From Eledone cirrhosa (Eukaryota): a stretch of DNA of 64,000 bases. The notes under the pieces are model-generated. The model made no database searches. It was not told where the DNA came from and saw nothing but the letters and a program-made list of their open reading frames with translations. The position numbers and the translations under genes are program-made. Below, piece after piece: positions 59,950-64,000 of this stretch (position 1 is the first letter of the stretch; the number at the start of each line of letters is the position of its first letter). The stretch lies in the NCBI GenBank assembly GCA_964016885.1, contig OZ024741.1, positions 97,402,001 through 97,466,000 on the forward strand. Direction: 5' to 3'.

Positions 59950-62900
59950 CATCATCATCATCATCCTTTAACGTCCATCTTCCACGCTTGCATGGGTTTG
60001 GACGGGAATTTTCCCACTTGAGGCAAGATTGGTTGTCTTGCTCGTATAGGACTGTCTGGCGGGTTTTCTACGGCTAGATGCCCTTCCTAACACCAACCAC
60101 ATTTACAGTGTGGACTGGGAGGTTTTTACCGTGTTACCTACACTGCCACATTACAGCGCGGAATGTGTGTTTTTTTTTCGTGACACCTACACGACCTCAT
60201 TTATTTCGGACTGGATGTTGTGGTACCAACATATCTTTACATCGAAAGGGGTGGTGTGGATGGGGTGGGAGTGGTGGGACGGGGGTGTATTTTTGTTAGA
60301 GGTGCCTACTGACTGTAGGTTTCGCTTTGTACTTAAGCAAGGCGGGTCTTCTGTATTACTGTGTAGCGCCAAAGATCTCGGTCCAGTGACATTGTCTTGG
60401 AGAGGTGTAAGTGTGTGAGGTCAGAATTTATCAAGTCGTCCCAGGTTTTTCTGAGTCTGTCGACTCCGTGGCTACCGTCTATTTTTATCGCCCTGCACTT
60501 TTTTTATACAGCTGTCGTCTTTCATGCGCATCAGGTGACCATACCAACGTAGTCTTCACTCGAGTAAACAACATCTGATTCCTCTTATTCCTAATTTCTC
60601 CCTTAGTTCATTTATGCTTTGCCGTTCACGTATATTAGTATTACACATCCAACGGAGCATGCAAGCTTCGTTCCTCTCCAGTCTGCGTATATCCTCTGCA
60701 CACAATGCCCAAGTCTCACTTCCATGTAACATTGCTGATCGCATGCAGGCATCATACAAACTGCCTTTCATTTTTAGAGAGAACCCTTTAGCGGCCAGTA
60801 GTGGTATAAGCTCTCTGAACTTTTTCCAGCCAGTTCTGACTCTAGCTACTGTACTTTCAGAGCATCCTCCACCACTGCTGATTTTGTCACCCAGGTAACG
60901 GAAGGTGTCCACTATTTCTATAGAACCATCTGTGCAATGGAATGAGCTAGTATTCTGTGGGCATTTGCTGCTACTTATTGCACCAGAGCACCGGCCACAT
61001 ATACAATCTATATTCTTAGTTAGCTTACCTGTGATCCCACTACATCATTTATGCAGCCATACTTTGCATTTGGGACATACAATGGAGTTTCTGCCTACTC
61101 CTTTCCTACACACTGAGCATGGCCATTTCCCAGATGGGACCAGTGCCCTATTTTCCTTCCTACAAACTAGAACTTTAGTCTTAGACAGGTTAATTTTAAG
61201 CCCTTTTGATTCTAGGCCATGCTTCCATGTTTGGAATTTCTTCTGTAGTTCAGCCATTGATTCAGCTATGAGCGTTAGATCATCTGCGTATAGAAGTTCC
61301 CATGGGCCGCCGGTCTTGAACACCTCTGTTATAGCCTGAAGAGCAATAATAAATAGTAGGGGGCTAAGGACGGAGCTCTGATAAACACCACCTTTTATGC
61401 TAAACTCTTCACTATATTCGTTGTTAATTCTAACCTTGCTGACTGTTTCTTTATACATGGCATGTATAGCTCTCACAAGCCATTCATCAACACCTTGTTT
61501 TCTAAGGGCCCACCAGATAATCGAGCGGTGTACTCTGTCAAAGGCTTTCTCCAAGTCAACAAAAGCTAAGTATAAGGGTTTACTTTTAACTAGGTACTTC
61601 TGTAGTTGTCGTACAATGAAAAGACCGTCTGTAGTACTTTTACCTGACACAAACCCGAACTGCATTTCATCTAGATCAATTCGCTCTCTGAATAGCTGCG
61701 CTATTACTTTTTCTGTGACTTTCATGACCTGGTCAATTAATTGAATGCCTCTATAGTTTACCCTATCTAGGGCATCTCCTTTACCCTTGTAGCAGTTACT
61801 GATGATGCTGCTACGCCAGTCCTTTGGAACGACCCCATTCTGTATGACTTGGTTTACTATCCGGGTGACCAAAGTGTGTCCCATCCTTCCAGATGCTTTC
61901 AGCATTTCACCAATTATTTCCGAACGCCCAACCGCCTTGCCTGTCTACATGTCTTTGATCGCCTTACTTATTATACTACCTTCAACTTGCACTGCTGGTC
62001 CCTCTATTGGATCGATGTGAGGGAGACTGTCTTTCTCCCAATTATTATCCTCATTTAGTAGCCTTTCGTAGTGACACTTCCAAGCTACCTTCTTATCAAC
62101 GTCAGTGAGGCAAGTACACCATCATCATTAAGGACACACTTCTCCCCGACAATATCACGATTTTCCTTGACACCTTGCCTAGAAATCCTGAACACCTCAC
62201 GTTTTTGGTCCTCGCGTTGTAGAACATGCTTGAACTTTCTTTCCTCTGCTTCCCTTCTTGCGAAGTACACTTGTATCCTAGCTTCCCTCCTGGCCACTTG
62301 ATAGTCTTCTCTACTTCCCCCATCCCGCCATGCTTTCCAAGCCTGCTTTTTGGCCTTGATTGACCCCTCCACCTTACTGTTCCACCACCAAGTTACTCTC
62401 CTCCTGCCTATAGATCTGCTCCAGCCACAGATTTCATCTGTCGCCTTCAGCAGGTTAGCTTTCAGGAATTCCCACTGTTCCTCTATATTGTACGACTCTA
62501 ATTGCACTACCTTACTATCAAAAGCATCAAGTAATATGCTTTTAAATTTATTACTGGCTGTGGGGTCCTTTAGCTTCCATATTTTTCTCCTGAGGATAGT
62601 CCTCTTCTGTTGTCGAGTACGTCTCGTCCTGACTATGAGGTCACTAATTATGAGTCTATCTTGAGAGGTGCATTCTTCATGGTGGAGGGATTTAGTGTTT
62701 ACAACAGACACTCTGTCACGTCTTCTGGTAAGGATATAATCTACCTGGCTGGTGTGTTCCCCTGATCTATAGGTGATCAAGTGATTGTCTCGTTTTTTGA
62801 AGTTAGTGTTACAGATAGTTACGTTATTTGCGTCACACAATTCCAGGATTCTGGAGCCTTCCTCATTTCTAGTACCAAATCCATAGCCTCCATGGATTAA

Positions 62901-63620
62901 GCCATAGCCGTCACAATGTTCTCCAACGTGACCATTTAGGTCGCCAGCGATAACTATGTAGTCACTGTCGGTTATTTGGGAGGTAGGGAGCATTAACGTC
63001 TCATCGAATCTGTCTTTTATAACGCCGGGCAGTTTGGATTGTGGTGCTTATGCAGATATTATTGTCACGGTAGTTCTATTGAGGACAAGTCTTATTTTAA
63101 TTATTTTGTCTTTCACTCTATTTACGTCTATTATCTTATCTGCCCACTTTTCTGCTACCATGAAACCTACTCAACCCAGCCCATTGTCATTTCCCACCCA
63201 GAAAAGCTTATAGCATTGTTCTTTACCCACAATGAATCTAGCAGACCCAACCCTCCACCTGGTCTCTTGAATACAGCAAACATCGACCTCATTACGTTCA
63301 AGCATTTCTACAACTTCGTTAGAGCGACCTTTTAAGGTGCCTACATTCATGGTACCAACTCTGAAGTTTGGGATTGCGTTTGGAGGGTGGGAACGGTGGG
63401 GCGCAGGGAGGGAGATGGGGTCGTGTTACCCATCCGCGGCCGAAATAAAGAGGCGGAGTTCTTGCATTCTCGTCCGGCAGCATGATGTGAATTTGTCTTT
63501 ATCTTTGGCATTGTCACTGAATGTCCAGATTTTTTCTTCTTTTCAAACTCTCCAGAATTCCGTAGTCCATCTATCATATCGAAAGGCAACCAGGTCTAAA
63601 CTTAAGTGATAGCATAGGCC
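59950..63620 (-). mobile_element. Near full-length RTE-clade LINE (APE endonuclease plus RT), frameshifted, with (ATG)n tail
   Basis: 62085-62993 GDLNGHVG..QVDYIL..SQDRL (APE); 61045-61905 YRGIQL..QFGF..FVDLEKAFD..LLYADDL; Cys-rich insert CSVCRKGVGRNSIVCPKC; 60556-60912 FRYLG..HGSETW; (CAT)n at 59950-59965. The 5' end position is approximate. Confidence 0.95.
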
Positions 63621-63669
63621 GCTGACTTATGATTGGCCCACGTAATAATGGTGGTGAGTTTTATATGGG

Positions 63670-63925
63670 GCGAGAAGGTTTAAATAAAATCCTTGAATTT
63701 TGGGCATAATTTAACAAGCATAAAAAATACAAGAAGATTGTTTTGAAAAATACGATAGAATTATCGAATAGCATTAAAAAAGCAAAGATTGGATTCTGGG
63801 CGAAATGATACAGATAGATGAATGGACCAGGGAATAAAAAATGGAGAGAAGAGTGAAGAAATAGCTAGAAATAGCGAGAAGGTTTAAATAAAATCCTCGA
63901 ATTTTGGGCATAATTTAACAAGCAT
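63670..63925 (+). repeat. 52-bp direct repeat, period 204
   Basis: GCGAGAAGGTTTAAATAAAATCCT.GAATTTTGGGCATAATTTAACAAGCAT at 63670 and 63874. Confidence 0.9.
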
Positions 63926-64000
63926 TAAATAATATATATACAAATGAATATATTATTGGGATAAACACTGATACAAGTATATATGTGTTCGTATTGCAAA

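Noticed and set aside
60614-62664. Plus-strand ORFs over the RTE element
   Set aside because: They are antisense shadows of the minus-strand LINE ORF.

Overview
AT-rich, microsatellite-saturated animal genomic DNA with no intact host protein-coding gene that I can support. A cephalopod (octopus-like) origin is inferred from the SINE family and the (TA)n/(CA)n density, not proven. Almost all ORFs in the track are microsatellite or antisense artefacts. The window holds three layers. (1) Decayed non-LTR retrotransposons (RTE, Tx1/L1-like, R4/Dong-like, Penelope-like RT and GIY-YIG pieces) and a tRNA-derived SINE. (2) Heavily decayed remnants of about three Toll-like receptor (LRR-TIR) genes. (3) The main signal: about nine mostly unrelated short non-coding repeat families that each carry a minimal type I hammerhead ribozyme (CUGANGA...GAAA-palindrome-UH). 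They sit in or beside (TA)n tracts as partial tandems and/or fold-back palindromes, and the ribozyme-sense strands always point outward from the centre. The largest is a ~3.8 kb head-to-head palindrome of ~6.7 nearly identical 558-bp units (23783-27550) with seven hammerheads. This looks like a retrozyme / Penelope-mobilised circular-RNA system. All folds and translations were made by eye and need computational confirmation.
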